Assembly: GCA_029862005.1 (NCBI GenBank)
Contig: JAOTYD010000008.1
Span: 4,472 to 68,471, forward strand
DNA from: Gammaproteobacteria bacterium
GTDB lineage: Bacteria > Pseudomonadota > Gammaproteobacteria > GCA-001735895
DNA: 64,000 nt
Direction: 5' to 3'
In this document: positions 20,593 through 31,303 of the stretch, one piece after another
How the letters are laid out: every line of letters begins with the position of its first letter
Numbering within the stretch: the stretch's first letter is position 1
The notes under the pieces: model-generated
Seen by the model: only the letters and a program-made list of their open reading frames with translations
Told to the model about the DNA's origin: nothing
Database searches by the model: none
Translations under genes and position numbers: made by a program

Positions 20593-21915
20593 TCAGGATT
20601 GATTGAATTCGCGGCAGGCAGCGTCGAGGCCACGCAGGGTTTGTTCGAGATCCTGCGCGGTATGTACGGTGGATACGAAACGTCGCACGCCGGGCAACAC
20701 GTATTGCCCTTGCTTCATCAGCAGGGTATCGAACTTGCGCATTGAAGCCTGGTCGCTGGCGAGTATATCGGCCTGGTTGCGCGGGGTTTTATCCATGAAC
20801 AGGATTTGCCACAGCGAGCCGGTATGCTCGGCGATCGCCGGGATATCGTGCTGGTCGAGGACCTTTTGCGTTTCGCGACAGAGATCATCGGCAAAACCGT
20901 TCATGCGCTTGTAGACGCCGGGTTTGCCGAGTTCGTCGAGCATTGCCATGGTCGCAGCGGCCGCGACGGGGTTACCGTGCAGAGTGCCGTTGAAATAGGT
21001 ATACCCCGGTTGGCCTTTCAGTTTTGGATCGGACAGGCCGATGACGTCCGCGCGTCCGGCGATACAGGACAGGGGACCGCCACCGCCGACGACTTTGCCG
21101 TGGGTCGAGAGATCGGGCTTGACGTCGTACCGTTGCTGGGCGCCGCCGTAGCTCAGACGAAAACCGGTGACGACCTCGTCGAGCACGAACAGGATGTCGT
21201 ATTCATCGCAGATTTTTCGGATGCCATGCAGGAATTCGGGTTCGGCCGGGATGATGCGCTGTACCGGCTCGGCAAAAATGGCGGCGATATCGGCGTGATG
21301 TTCGGCAACAATCTTGCGCAGGGTTTCGAGGTCGTTGTAGGGGCAGACCAGCATCGTTGAAACCGTCGCTTCGGGCTGTCCATAGGAATCTGGCGTGCCC
21401 TGCGGGTAGGCGCCGGTTTCTTTCGGAAAAGTCGACACGATCGCGTAATCGTGGTTACCGTGGTAGGCGCCCTCGAACTTGAGGATCTTGTTACGCCCGG
21501 TAAACGCGCGTGCCAGACGCATCGCGTAGCCAGTTGCTTCCGAGCCAGTGGTTGCGTAGGCGATTTTCTCGGCGCAGGGTATATCGTTAACCAGACGCTC
21601 GGCCAGGTGCACGGCGATATCGTTCAAGGAGCCGAACATGTGCGCACCACGATCCAGCTGCGCCTTGGTGGCTTCGACCACGGCGGGGTGCGAATGTCCA
21701 AGAATCAGTGCGCCGGCACCGCCGACGTAATCGATATACTCGTTGCCGTCGACGTCCCACATGCGCGAACCCTTGCCATGCGAGTAAATCAGGCGAATGT
21801 CATCGGCCAGCGAATAGCTGCCGAGGCCCGAGCCGGGTAAAACACGGTCGGCAATTGCAAACAGGTCGCGTTGCGACATGCTGCCGGGTGATTGTTTAAC
21901 TGCATGTGATGACAT
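20593..21915 (-). CDS. Class III (omega) PLP-dependent aminotransferase
   Basis: GSA-aminomutase/omega-transaminase-like blocks (YVGGAGALILGHSHP, DEVVTGFR). Confidence 0.85.
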   Translation of the reverse strand: MSSHAVKQSPGSMSQRDLFAIADRVLPGSGLGSYSLADDIRLIYSHGKGSRMWDVDGNEYIDYVGGAGALILGHSHPAVVEATKAQLDRGAHMFGSLNDIAVHLAERLVNDIPCAEKIAYATTGSEATGYAMRLARAFTGRNKILKFEGAYHGNHDYAIVSTFPKETGAYPQGTPDSYGQPEATVSTMLVCPYNDLETLRKIVAEHHADIAAIFAEPVQRIIPAEPEFLHGIRKICDEYDILFVLDEVVTGFRLSYGGAQQRYDVKPDLSTHGKVVGGGGPLSCIAGRADVIGLSDPKLKGQPGYTYFNGTLHGNPVAAAATMAMLDELGKPGVYKRMNGFADDLCRETQKVLDQHDIPAIAEHTGSLWQILFMDKTPRNQADILASDQASMRKFDTLLMKQGQYVLPGVRRFVSTVHTAQDLEQTLRGLDAACREFNQS

Positions 21916-21942
21916 GATAGGGACTCCAGAAACCTGCTTGGT

Positions 21943-23040
21943 TTAGCCGACTGCCTCACGCAGCCATTGGTGTAGTTTAAAAATTGACAATTCGTTGTAT
22001 ATCCCGCCCTCGGGATTCAAGACCAGTGGCCCGGGTTTATAACCGCGCGAATTCATCCCGCGCTGAACTTCCCTGACGATATCCAGGTCTTCCTGGAACG
22101 TGGTTTCACGATCGTTCTCGATGACCTTTTGCAGGGTTTCGTCTACCTCGCCATCGTTCGAGTAAAATGTACGGAATACGCGCACGTCATCAACCGCGAG
22201 CGGGCGCCAGGAAAAGCTGTTGACCATCCCGCCGGGATAAAACTGGATCGAAGTGGCCGGCCACAGGTAAAAGCTGCCGTAAGCGGCACCGCTGACGTCA
22301 TACCAGGCATCTTCGCTGTGCGAGGCTTCGGAGGTATGGTGCAACACCTTGATATCTCCGTAAGGCATAATCGAGTAGGTATCGGGATCGATGATGCCCT
22401 TTGCAAACGAGGGATGGCAATTCGGGCAGTGGTAACACTCGTTATAGTTTTCGACCGCGACGAACCAGTTGCAGCCCTCGTCGGCGGTATGGTGGTAGGC
22501 ATACTTGCGTTGCTCGAGGTCAGGGCACAGTTTAAGCATTTCATCGCGAATTCCCGGGTAGGACTTATCCATGCTTGTAGCCTCTGGATCGAGGTTGATT
22601 AACAGGAAACCGAGAAAATTCTCGAGCCTGATTTCGGTCAAGCAGATCTTGGAAGCATTGAAACCGGGCACCTTGTTCGCATGGGGTGCAGCTTTTAACT
22701 GTCCCCGCAGGTCATAAGACCAGGCATGGTAAGGGCAGACCAGTAGCTTTTTATTACCGCTGCCCTCGGCAAGTTTGTGCCCACGATGCTGGCAGACGTT
22801 GTAAAACGCCTTGATCCCGCCCTCGCGGGTATGCGTGATGAGGATGTCCTGGTCGTAGATTTCGAGCGTCAGGAAATCACCGGGTTTACCGACCTGGCTC
22901 GAATGGCAGGCCATCAACCAGTTCTTGTAAAACACTTCGTCAACGATGCGCCGGTAAAGATTGGGATCGGTAAAGTATTTCGCATCGAGTCCCATTACCG
23001 GGACACCATCTGCAACCACTTTCAAATCAGGATTCGTCAT
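21943..23040 (-). CDS. Rieske [2Fe-2S] non-heme iron oxygenase, alpha subunit (GbcA/CntA/Stc2-like N-demethylase or C-N lyase type)
   Basis: Rieske CQHRGH ... CPYHAW and mononuclear iron site NECYHCPNCH. Start placed at MTNPDLK; the ORF could extend to 23103. Confidence 0.8.
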   Translation of the reverse strand: MTNPDLKVVADGVPVMGLDAKYFTDPNLYRRIVDEVFYKNWLMACHSSQVGKPGDFLTLEIYDQDILITHTREGGIKAFYNVCQHRGHKLAEGSGNKKLLVCPYHAWSYDLRGQLKAAPHANKVPGFNASKICLTEIRLENFLGFLLINLDPEATSMDKSYPGIRDEMLKLCPDLEQRKYAYHHTADEGCNWFVAVENYNECYHCPNCHPSFAKGIIDPDTYSIMPYGDIKVLHHTSEASHSEDAWYDVSGAAYGSFYLWPATSIQFYPGGMVNSFSWRPLAVDDVRVFRTFYSNDGEVDETLQKVIENDRETTFQEDLDIVREVQRGMNSRGYKPGPLVLNPEGGIYNELSIFKLHQWLREAVG

Positions 23041-23935
23041 AAATGTTTTCCTCCCAACGCGCGGAATGAAACGCTTCAACGGAGGCGCTTGCCGCGTCGC
23101 CACCGCGTACTACCAGCAGTGCGCACAGGCTTTCGAGCAGTGCGATCACCGCTGAATTGGAATGAAAGAACTGCGGGGTATGGGTTGGGGAGACCAGTCC
23201 CAGGTCGGCCTCGCGGCACAGCGTTGCCGCGTTGCTGTCGGTTACGCCAATGACTTTTGCCCCTTTCCTTTTTGCCAGCTTTACCGCGGCCAGCGTATCG
23301 CGGCGATAAGGCTGGAATGTCATCGCCAGCAGGCAGTCGCGCTCGTCCATGCGAATCAGGTCGTCCGACGGCAGGCTGCCGTGACGTGGTGACAGGATAA
23401 AATGATCGAAGCCCATGCGCGCGACATACCAGAAGTTGTAGGCGAGCGGATAGGCGAGGCCGAGGCCGAGCACGTAAACCCGGCGCGCGTTGATCATCCA
23501 GTCGACCGCGCGCTCGAGATCCTGCACCGATTGCTGCTCGAACATCTTTTCGGTGTTGTCGAGACAGGCCTCGGCCATGCTGCCGAACACCGCGGTGCTG
23601 CCGCCCTCGCGATCCATCTGTTGCAGCCAGCGGACGCGGTCGGGTGACGAGCCGGTACCGCCGCGTACGAAATCACGGAAACGCTCGCGCATGGCTTCGT
23701 AGCCTTCAAATCCCAGGTGACGTGCCAGGCGTACGAAACTGTTCGGATGAACCTCTGCATTCGTCGCCAGCGTGCGCATCGATTGCAGCCCGACTTCATG
23801 TGGATGATCGATGATATAGCGCGCGCACAACTGTAGCTGACCGGGCAGGTTATCGAACTCGGCCAGCAAGCGCTTGAGCACTTCTTCCTGGGACTGCGGC
23901 AATCCAGCTTCGAGAATCTTAAATTTTTGCTGCAT
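23027..23935 (-). CDS. RpiR/MurR-family transcriptional regulator (HTH + SIS domain)
   Basis: HTH_6 region (VGLQSMRTLATNAEVHPNSFVRLARHLGF) and a C-terminal SIS domain. Start at MQQKFKIL. Confidence 0.8.
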   Translation of the reverse strand: MQQKFKILEAGLPQSQEEVLKRLLAEFDNLPGQLQLCARYIIDHPHEVGLQSMRTLATNAEVHPNSFVRLARHLGFEGYEAMRERFRDFVRGGTGSSPDRVRWLQQMDREGGSTAVFGSMAEACLDNTEKMFEQQSVQDLERAVDWMINARRVYVLGLGLAYPLAYNFWYVARMGFDHFILSPRHGSLPSDDLIRMDERDCLLAMTFQPYRRDTLAAVKLAKRKGAKVIGVTDSNAATLCREADLGLVSPTHTPQFFHSNSAVIALLESLCALLVVRGGDAASASVEAFHSARWEENIYDES

Positions 23936-23965
23936 TTGTGACAATTGTGCACTTGATTTAAATAA

Positions 23966-23981
23966 TGATACAAGTGTATCA
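23966..23981. promoter_or_regulatory. Palindrome TGATACA-AG-TGTATCA in the RpiR / DMGDH-like divergent intergenic region; candidate operator
   Basis: Perfect 7-bp arms read directly. An ACAATTGT palindrome is 25 bp away. Confidence 0.4.
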
Positions 23982-24025
23982 TCAGCGGATCTTTCGATGC
24001 AACCAAATTTTATCGGAGTCAGCTG

Positions 24026-26459
24026 GATGCAAAGCAAGGCGAATATCGTCATTATCGGCGGCGGCGTTATGGGCTGTTCGCTTGCCTATCACCTGTGCAA
24101 GGAAGGCGAGACCGATATTGTGCTGCTGGAAAAGGCGGAGTTGACCAGTGGCTCGACCTGGCATGCGGCTGGCCAGATTACGCACTCGGTCAGTCACTAC
24201 AGCCTCGCCAAGATGGCGGCTTATGGCACCGAGCTCTACCCGCGCCTCGAGGACGAGACCGGGCAATCCTGTACCTGGCACGGCAGCGGCAGCCTGCGTA
24301 TCGCCTATACCCAGGACGAAGTCGACTGGATCAAGTACACGCTATCGGTGGGCAAGGGCCTCGGTCACGAAATGGAAATCATCGGGCCTGAGCGTATCGC
24401 CGAGCTGCACCCTTTCTATAATCTCGACGGTGTAATGGCCGCGCTCTATACCCCGCACGATGGGCATGTCGACCCGGCCGGTGTTACCTTTGCGATGGCC
24501 AGGGGGGCACGCATGATGGGTGGTACCGTGATTCGTCAAAATCGGGTCACGGGCATCACACGCACCGGCGATACTTTCGTGGTACACACCGGGCAGGGTG
24601 ACATCGAGGCCGACCGGGTGGTCAACTCGGGCGGTACCTACGCGCGTCAGATCGGGGAGTGGGTGGGGCTGAATTTACCGATCGCAAACATGCTGCACCA
24701 CTACCTGATCACCGACACGGTGCCCGAATTCCAGGCTCTTGAAAAAGAGTTGCCGGTAATTCGGGACGACTCGCAGGTTTCGGGTTATATCCGCATGGAG
24801 CAGAAGTCGGGCCTGATCGGGATTTATGAAAAGGCAAACGCGGCCTCGGTCTGGGATGACGGCACGCCGTGGGAATCCGAGAACGAACTGTTCGAGCCCG
24901 ATTACGACCGCATCATGCCGTGGCTTGAAAACGCGCTCGAGCGCATGCCGGTTCTCGCCGACAAGGGCATCAAGAGCGTCGTGCATGGGGCCATTACCCA
25001 TCCGCCAGACGGCAACATGCTGCTGGGGCCGTCCGGGGTAAAGAATTTCTGGGTTTGCTGTGGTTCGCAGGTCGGCATTGCCTGGGGCCCGGGCGCGGGG
25101 AAGTACCTCGCGCAGTGGATGGTGCACGGTGCCGCGGACGTATCGATGCGCAGTTTCGACCCACGCCGCTTCGGTGCCCGCATCGATGATGAATACCGCG
25201 TCAACAAGGCGAAGGAGGATTACCTGCTGCGCCACGAAATCCCGTTTCCGCATCTGGACCGTCCAGACCTGCGGCCGTCACATTCCAGGCTTTCGCCTCT
25301 CTACGAGATCCTGAAAGACAAGGGAGCAGTTTATGAAGATGTGTATGGCTGGGAACGTCCCTACTGGTTCGCGGTCAATGGCGTCGAGCAAAAGCATATC
25401 GAGAGTTTTCGGCGCAGTGCGTTATTCGACATCATCGGCAACGAGGTACGCGGTATGCGCGCCCACGCCGGTATCGCGGATTTGACCGCGTTTGCCAAGG
25501 TCGAGATCAGTGGCGCCGATGCCGAGGCTTACCTCGACCGAATCCAGTCGAACAAGGTGCCGCAAAAAGAGGGCAGTGTCACGTTGACCTACCTGGTGAT
25601 GGGTAACGGGCGCATCGAGGGCGAGGCCACGATCGTCAAGCTTGGCGATAATCATTACTACATGGTTTACGCCGCGGTACGCGAAGCCGCGCTGTTGAAC
25701 TGGATGCAGGAGGAGGTTCGGGCGGACGAAACGGTCACCTTTAGCAATGTTTCAGAAAACTACGGTGTCATAATGCTGGCCGGTCCGGCGTCACGCAGAA
25801 TTCTCGGCGGATGTACCGACGTCGCCCTCGATAATACAAGTTTCCGCTGGTTATCGACGCAACTTATCACCGTGGCCGGAATAACCGACGTGCGCGCACT
25901 GCGCGTAACTTATACCGGTGAACTCGGTTGGGAACTGCACGTGCCGATGGCGGGTATGCTCGATGTCTACAGCGCGCTGGTTTCGACCTCGCACAGTGAG
26001 GGAATGGTACATATCGGTTCGGCCACGCTGAACGCGGTGCGCATGGAGAAGGCTTATCGTTCCGGGTCGGAAATCACCAATGAAGTCACCATCACCGAGG
26101 CTGACGTGGCGCGTTTCGCGCGGGATGGCGAATTCCAGGGTGCCGAGTATTCACTCAAGTCTGCCGAGCGCTGGGTACTCGCTTATCTCCAGCTCGATGA
26201 GCCCGCTGCGGACGCAGTGCAGTGCGATCCACTGGGTTCCGAGTCGGTATGGCACCGGGGAAAGCCGGTAGGGCAGATCTCGTCCGGTGGCTATGGATAC
26301 GACCAGGGCAAGTATCTTGCCTTTGCCTATATCAGGCCCGAACTGAACCAGGTGGGTAATGAATTCGAAGTGCTGGTCATGGGTGAATCACGCCGCGCCG
26401 TAATCGTCGAGCAATGCGTGTATGATCCACAGAACCTTCTGCCTCGTTCGGAAGAATAA
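24026..26459 (+). CDS. Dimethylglycine/sarcosine dehydrogenase-family FAD-dependent N-demethylase with a folate-binding aminomethyltransferase domain
   Basis: FAD motif IVIIGGGVMGCSLAYHL and C-terminal GcvT-like domain; 810 aa. ATG 9 nt after a GGAG. Confidence 0.85.
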
Positions 26460-26468
26460 TACCGATTG

Positions 26469-26590
26469 TCGTTCCGCGGCTTGACCGCGGGACCCAGTCA
26501 AACAACATCGCGTGTAGCGCGAACATTTAAAGTAAGCTCTGCGAGCGTGATGGTTACACTGGATCCCGCGGTCAGGCCGCGGGATGACTA
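26469..26590. repeat. Tandem GC hairpins, REP-like site F (CCGCGG-CTTGA-CCGCGG; ATCCCGCGG-TCAGG-CCGCGGGAT followed by GAC)
   Basis: Perfect 9-bp stem in the second hairpin, followed by the GATGAC tail shared with the other sites. Confidence 0.45.
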
Positions 26591-26634
26591 ATAAGTGGTT
26601 AAGCCGCAGGGCGACAAGTTACCGAGGAGATGAA

Positions 26635-27015
26635 ATGGACAAAGATTTATTTGAAAAAGGCCTGGCCAAGCGCAAAGGCACGTTGGGCGCGGAGTATGTT
26701 GAAAAGAACCTGGCCGCGGCCGATGATTTCACGCGCCCTTTCCAGGAGGCAATGACCGCATGGTGCTGGGGTTTCGGCTGGGGCGACGAGGTAATCGAAC
26801 CGAAGACGCGTTCGATGATGAACCTGGCGATGATCGGCGCGCTCGGCAAGATGCATGAATGGGAAATCCACTGCCGTGGTGCGCTCAATAACGGCGTCAG
26901 CAAGGAGGAGATTCGAGCCATTATTCACGTGGTTGGAATTTACTGCGGTGTGCCGCAGTCGCTGGAGTGTTTTCGCGTGGCGCGCAAGGTGCTGGAAGAG
27001 GCTGGCGAGCTATAA
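26635..27015 (+). CDS. Carboxymuconolactone decarboxylase (CMD/AhpD-like) family protein
   Basis: Family-typical size and blocks (TAWCWGFGWGDEV, HCRGALNNGVSKEEI). GAGGAG Shine-Dalgarno upstream of the start. Confidence 0.7.
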   Translation: MDKDLFEKGLAKRKGTLGAEYVEKNLAAADDFTRPFQEAMTAWCWGFGWGDEVIEPKTRSMMNLAMIGALGKMHEWEIHCRGALNNGVSKEEIRAIIHVVGIYCGVPQSLECFRVARKVLEEAGEL

Positions 27016-27222
27016 CAAGGCTTTGCACATCGTTCGAACCAACCAGTCTGACCCCAGTTCTTCTGCCATAAACATGTATGGTCTTGTTGTTCCAGCTAGA
27101 CACCTGGGCACTCTGGTATCATCTAGGGGACAGATATATTTGCGGACCCCGGATGATTTCCATCAATCGAACTTTACCAGCCAAAGAGAAACTAAGGTTA
27201 ATCGATAACTTGACCACGAACC

Positions 27223-29028
27223 ATGCCTGAGCTGATCTGCAGACCCCGGATTTTGTTGCTGCTGTTAATTATCGCGTTACCCCGGGTATCGATTGCAGCC
27301 GGTGAAGACCAGGGTCTCGTCCAGTGGCAGGACTGGAGCAAAGACCTGTTTGACCAGGCAAGGCAGCAGCAGCGCATGGTGATCATGGACCTGGAAGCGG
27401 TCTGGTGTCACTGGTGTCATGTCATGGAAGCCAAAACCTACAGCCACCCGGACGTGGCACAATTAATCAATACGCATTTTATCCCGGTGCGAGTGGACGC
27501 GGACGCCAATCCGGATATCGCCGCCCGCTATGGGCGCTGGGGATGGCCCGCAACAATCGTGTTTTCGCCTGAAGGCGACGAAATCGTCAAGCGACGAGGA
27601 TACATCCCGATCATCGGCATGTTATCGATGCTTGAAGCAATAATTGCCGATCCGAGTCCAGGGCCATCGGTATGGAACGAACCGAAGGCGACACCCGCCA
27701 GCCAGGCGGCGCTTGCTCCTGCACTGCGTACCAGGCTGGAACAGGCCTTCTTTGACCTGTATGACCCCCGCTACGGTGGCTGGGGTCGTATTCACCGGTT
27801 TGTCAATTCACCTGCAACCGAGTATGCGCTCGAACAGGCACGTCTCGGCAAGCGAGAATATGAATTGATGGCGCGGCTCACACTGCACAATGGCCTGCAG
27901 CTGATCGATCCAGAATGGGGTGGTGTTTACCAGTATTCGGACCAGTTCGACTGGCGCTCGCCGCATTTCGAGAAAATCATGTTTTTCCAGGCCGAGAACT
28001 TACGCCTGTATTCGTTGGCATACTCACGTTGGCGGGACGATACTTTTCTCGAAGCAGCGCACGACATTTTTCGTTACCTTGAATCCTTCATGCTCGACGC
28101 CGGCGGCGGGTTCTATACCAGCCAGGATGCCGATCTCAGCCTCGAGGTCGATGGCCACGCATTTTTCACGCTTAGCGACAAGGAGCGGCGCGCACTGGGG
28201 ATGCCGCGTATCGACAAAAATATCTACACGCGGGAAAATGCGTGGTTGATTCGGGCGCTGTTGGATTATTACAACGCCAGCGATAACCAGGCGGCATTTG
28301 AGCGCGCACGGGATGCAACCCGTTTTATCCTGGAGCATCGAAGTTTGCCAGGAGGTGGATTCAGTCATGGGAACAACGATGTCGGTGGCCCTTATCTTGG
28401 AGACAATCAGGCGATGCTGCAGGCTTTTATCGCACTCTATCAGAATAGCGGTGACAGACACTGGTTGCCGCAAATTGCGGCAAGCCTGGAATTCATTGAT
28501 GCCCAGTTTCGAAATCCCGAGGGCGGTTATAATAGTGCTGCGGTTGAGCCAGCCAGCGATGGCGTATTTGCCGAACCGTTTCTACAGGTAGATGAAAATG
28601 CGGCGCTTGCGCGTAGTGCAAATATCGCCTAGCATTATATAGGGACAGAGACTTCGAAAAAAATCAGCGAACATGCAATGCGTTTTCTCGCGGCACCGGA
28701 ACTGAGCGAGCAGTTCAGTTTTCAGCCATCCATATTGCTCGCCGACTACGAGCTCAACACGGCGCCAGTGCATATTGCGATTATCGGTGCCAAAAAGGAT
28801 ACTGCAGCCCGGGAATTGTTCAATGCCGCTCGAGATTATCCTGCGAGCTACATGCGTCTGGACTGGTGGGATCGAAGCGAAGGACCGTTATCGAATAACA
28901 GCATCGTATATCCCGAGCTGGATCGTGCCGCAGCCTTTGTCTGCTCGAATTACGCCTGTTCATTGCCACTGTTTGCCGCCGACGAGATTGCGCCGAAGGT
29001 TGCCGAGCTCTACGCTACCGAAGATTAG
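27223..29028 (+). pseudogene. Secreted thioredoxin-like DUF255/YyaL-family protein interrupted by a single in-frame TAG at 28630-28632
   Basis: N-part has the VWCHWCHVM thioredoxin-like motif. The C-part (28678-29028) is the family C-terminus (VCSNYACSLP). Both are in the same frame with only one stop. Confidence 0.6.
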
Positions 29029-29096
29029 AATTTTCGATCGAGCATCGCGGCAATATTCGATTTACTTGCCCTGGTCCGGGGGGTAAATTACTTTGC

Positions 29097-30215
29097 ATGA
29101 AGATTACCGGCATTAGCGTTTGGCAGCTCGACCTGCCTTTGCACAAGCCTTACTGGCTCTCCGGCGGCAGGCTCAAGTTCGAGCAACTCGATTCCACCAT
29201 TGTTCGCATCGATACCGACGCTAACGTATCGGGTTGGGGCGAGGGTTGTCCCTGGGGTGTGACTTACCTGCCGGCCTTCGGCAAGGGTATACGCGCCGGT
29301 ATCGAGGAACTCGCACCCCTGCTTATCGGCAAAGATCCGCGCCAGGCCGATTCGATCAACCGTGTCATGGACCTGGCGTTGCCGGGACATCCGTATGTCA
29401 AGTCGGCGCTCGACATTGCCTGCTGGGACATCGCCGCAAAAGCAGCCGGTTTGCCTCTATGCGAACTGCTAGGCGCGCGCGAACCCGATCCGGTGCCCAT
29501 CGCATCGAGCGTATCCACCGGCGGCCCGCAGGAAATGCTCGACGAGGTGCAGCGTTTCCGCGACCTGGGTTATCGCGTGCATTCCTGTAAGGTCGGCGCC
29601 GATGTACACCAGGATATCGAGCGCATCAATTTACTCGCCGCCAACGAACGTGCCGGTGAGATTATTTTTTACGACGTCAACCGCGCCTGGCTGCCGCGCG
29701 AGGCAATCACGGTAATGAACGCGGTTTCCGGGCTGACTTCGTGGTTTGAGCAACCCTGCGAAACGCTCGACGAGATCGCACAGGTGCGTCGGCATACCAC
29801 TTATCCAATCGGGGTCGACGAGGGCTTGCACGGCATCGATGACCTGATTCGTATTCAGCGCGACGGTATCGCCGAGGTCGTGAATATCAAGATTAACCGC
29901 GTCGGCGGTCTGACCAAGACGCGACGCCTGCGTGATTTCTGCCTGGCAACCGGTATCACGATGCTGATCATGGATACCGGCGGTACCGTCGTATCCGACA
30001 CCGCCGTCGCGCATTTTGCACAAACTATCCCCGCGGCATTCTGCCAGGGTGTCTGGTCCTGCCAGGAGATGGTCAGCGTCCATCCGGCACCCGGACAAGG
30101 CGTGCGTAACGTGGAAGGCTGCTTCAGCGCGCCCGACCTGCCGGGTCTCGGGGTTGAACCGGAGCTCTCGCTGCTCGGAGACCCGATTGCCATGTATGGT
30201 CGGGAATCTGGCTGA
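29097..30215 (+). CDS. Enolase-superfamily enzyme (mandelate racemase / muconate lactonizing enzyme family)
   Basis: MR/MLE N-terminal capping domain and barrel blocks (KSALDIACWD, VNIKINRVGG). Confidence 0.8.
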   Translation: MKITGISVWQLDLPLHKPYWLSGGRLKFEQLDSTIVRIDTDANVSGWGEGCPWGVTYLPAFGKGIRAGIEELAPLLIGKDPRQADSINRVMDLALPGHPYVKSALDIACWDIAAKAAGLPLCELLGAREPDPVPIASSVSTGGPQEMLDEVQRFRDLGYRVHSCKVGADVHQDIERINLLAANERAGEIIFYDVNRAWLPREAITVMNAVSGLTSWFEQPCETLDEIAQVRRHTTYPIGVDEGLHGIDDLIRIQRDGIAEVVNIKINRVGGLTKTRRLRDFCLATGITMLIMDTGGTVVSDTAVAHFAQTIPAAFCQGVWSCQEMVSVHPAPGQGVRNVEGCFSAPDLPGLGVEPELSLLGDPIAMYGRESG

Positions 30216-30250
30216 ATTTCAACAGGCATCCCCGGTAAGCAACCTGCTTA

Positions 30251-31033
30251 CTAGATTGACTGCCAGACCTGGTACAGGTCAGGATCAGCCAGGATGCCGC
30301 GCAGCGCATCGTCCAGAATAGTCGCCCAGCGCTCGGCACCTTCCTCGGTGTCGACGAGATCCTGGCGGATTTCAATGGAAACATGTGGCAACCCGGCTGC
30401 CTCGGCGTGATGATCAATCGTATAGTCGGCGGGGTGTTTGCCCGAGTAAGGTTCGTTATCCCCGATGTTAAAACCTTCGGGATGCGCACGCAGGTTTGCC
30501 ATTAGTGGTACCGGAATGCGCGGGTCTTTGTCCCATAGAATTCCCGCATGCCAGGGGCGCACAAAACCGGCCATTTGTGGCGTGAAGCTATGTATCGAAA
30601 TGAATGCGGGCACCACCCCCTGTTCCCTGAAGCGATGCAGTTCCGAATCGATGGCTTTTCGATAGGGCGTGTAAAAGCAATGAATGCGCTCATTGCGATG
30701 CGCTTCCGACATGCTCTGATTACCCGGAATTACCCGATCATCACTGGTTTCCGGCATCACACTGGGATCCTCAAGGCTGCGATTGAGGTCGACAACAAGT
30801 CGGGAATAGCCAGCCAGTACGGCGGGTGCATCGAGATGCTCGGAAAGATGATTGATCAACTTGCGGGTGCCGATATCGTAGGCAATATGCTGTTGCAGTT
30901 CTGACTTGTCGAGACCGAGGCTGTCCAGCATTTTCGGCATGACGTTACTGACATGATCGCCGGTAAGCAGGACCTTGGCCTTTCCCTGGTCGTTGATTAC
31001 CGTGTATGGCGGAGGGTCATCGGGTCCGATCAT
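30251..31033 (-). CDS. N-formylglutamate amidohydrolase (FGase) family hydrolase
   Basis: FGase family pattern (LLTGDHVSN ... ISIHSFTP). Confidence 0.7.
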   Translation of the reverse strand: MIGPDDPPPYTVINDQGKAKVLLTGDHVSNVMPKMLDSLGLDKSELQQHIAYDIGTRKLINHLSEHLDAPAVLAGYSRLVVDLNRSLEDPSVMPETSDDRVIPGNQSMSEAHRNERIHCFYTPYRKAIDSELHRFREQGVVPAFISIHSFTPQMAGFVRPWHAGILWDKDPRIPVPLMANLRAHPEGFNIGDNEPYSGKHPADYTIDHHAEAAGLPHVSIEIRQDLVDTEEGAERWATILDDALRGILADPDLYQVWQSI

Positions 31034-31303
31034 TGATTCGATAGTGCTCGCTGGTCAAATTCGAGGTTTACATAATGCGCTTAAGCGGCATCGGGAATTC
31101 GGCAAGAATAAAGGCTCTTTCCGCGACGGTCCAGTATTCGCCGCAGGCCCGTTTGCGCACAATGCACGGGTCGATTCCCTTGTAACCCGGGTATTAGAGG
31201 CACGCGAACGCCTTGCTGCGTTAATCGATAGTGATCCGAATTCTGGTACTGCCATCGATCAGTGGTATATTAAGCGGCCCAGCCAGGGATTACCGAGCTC
31301 GCC

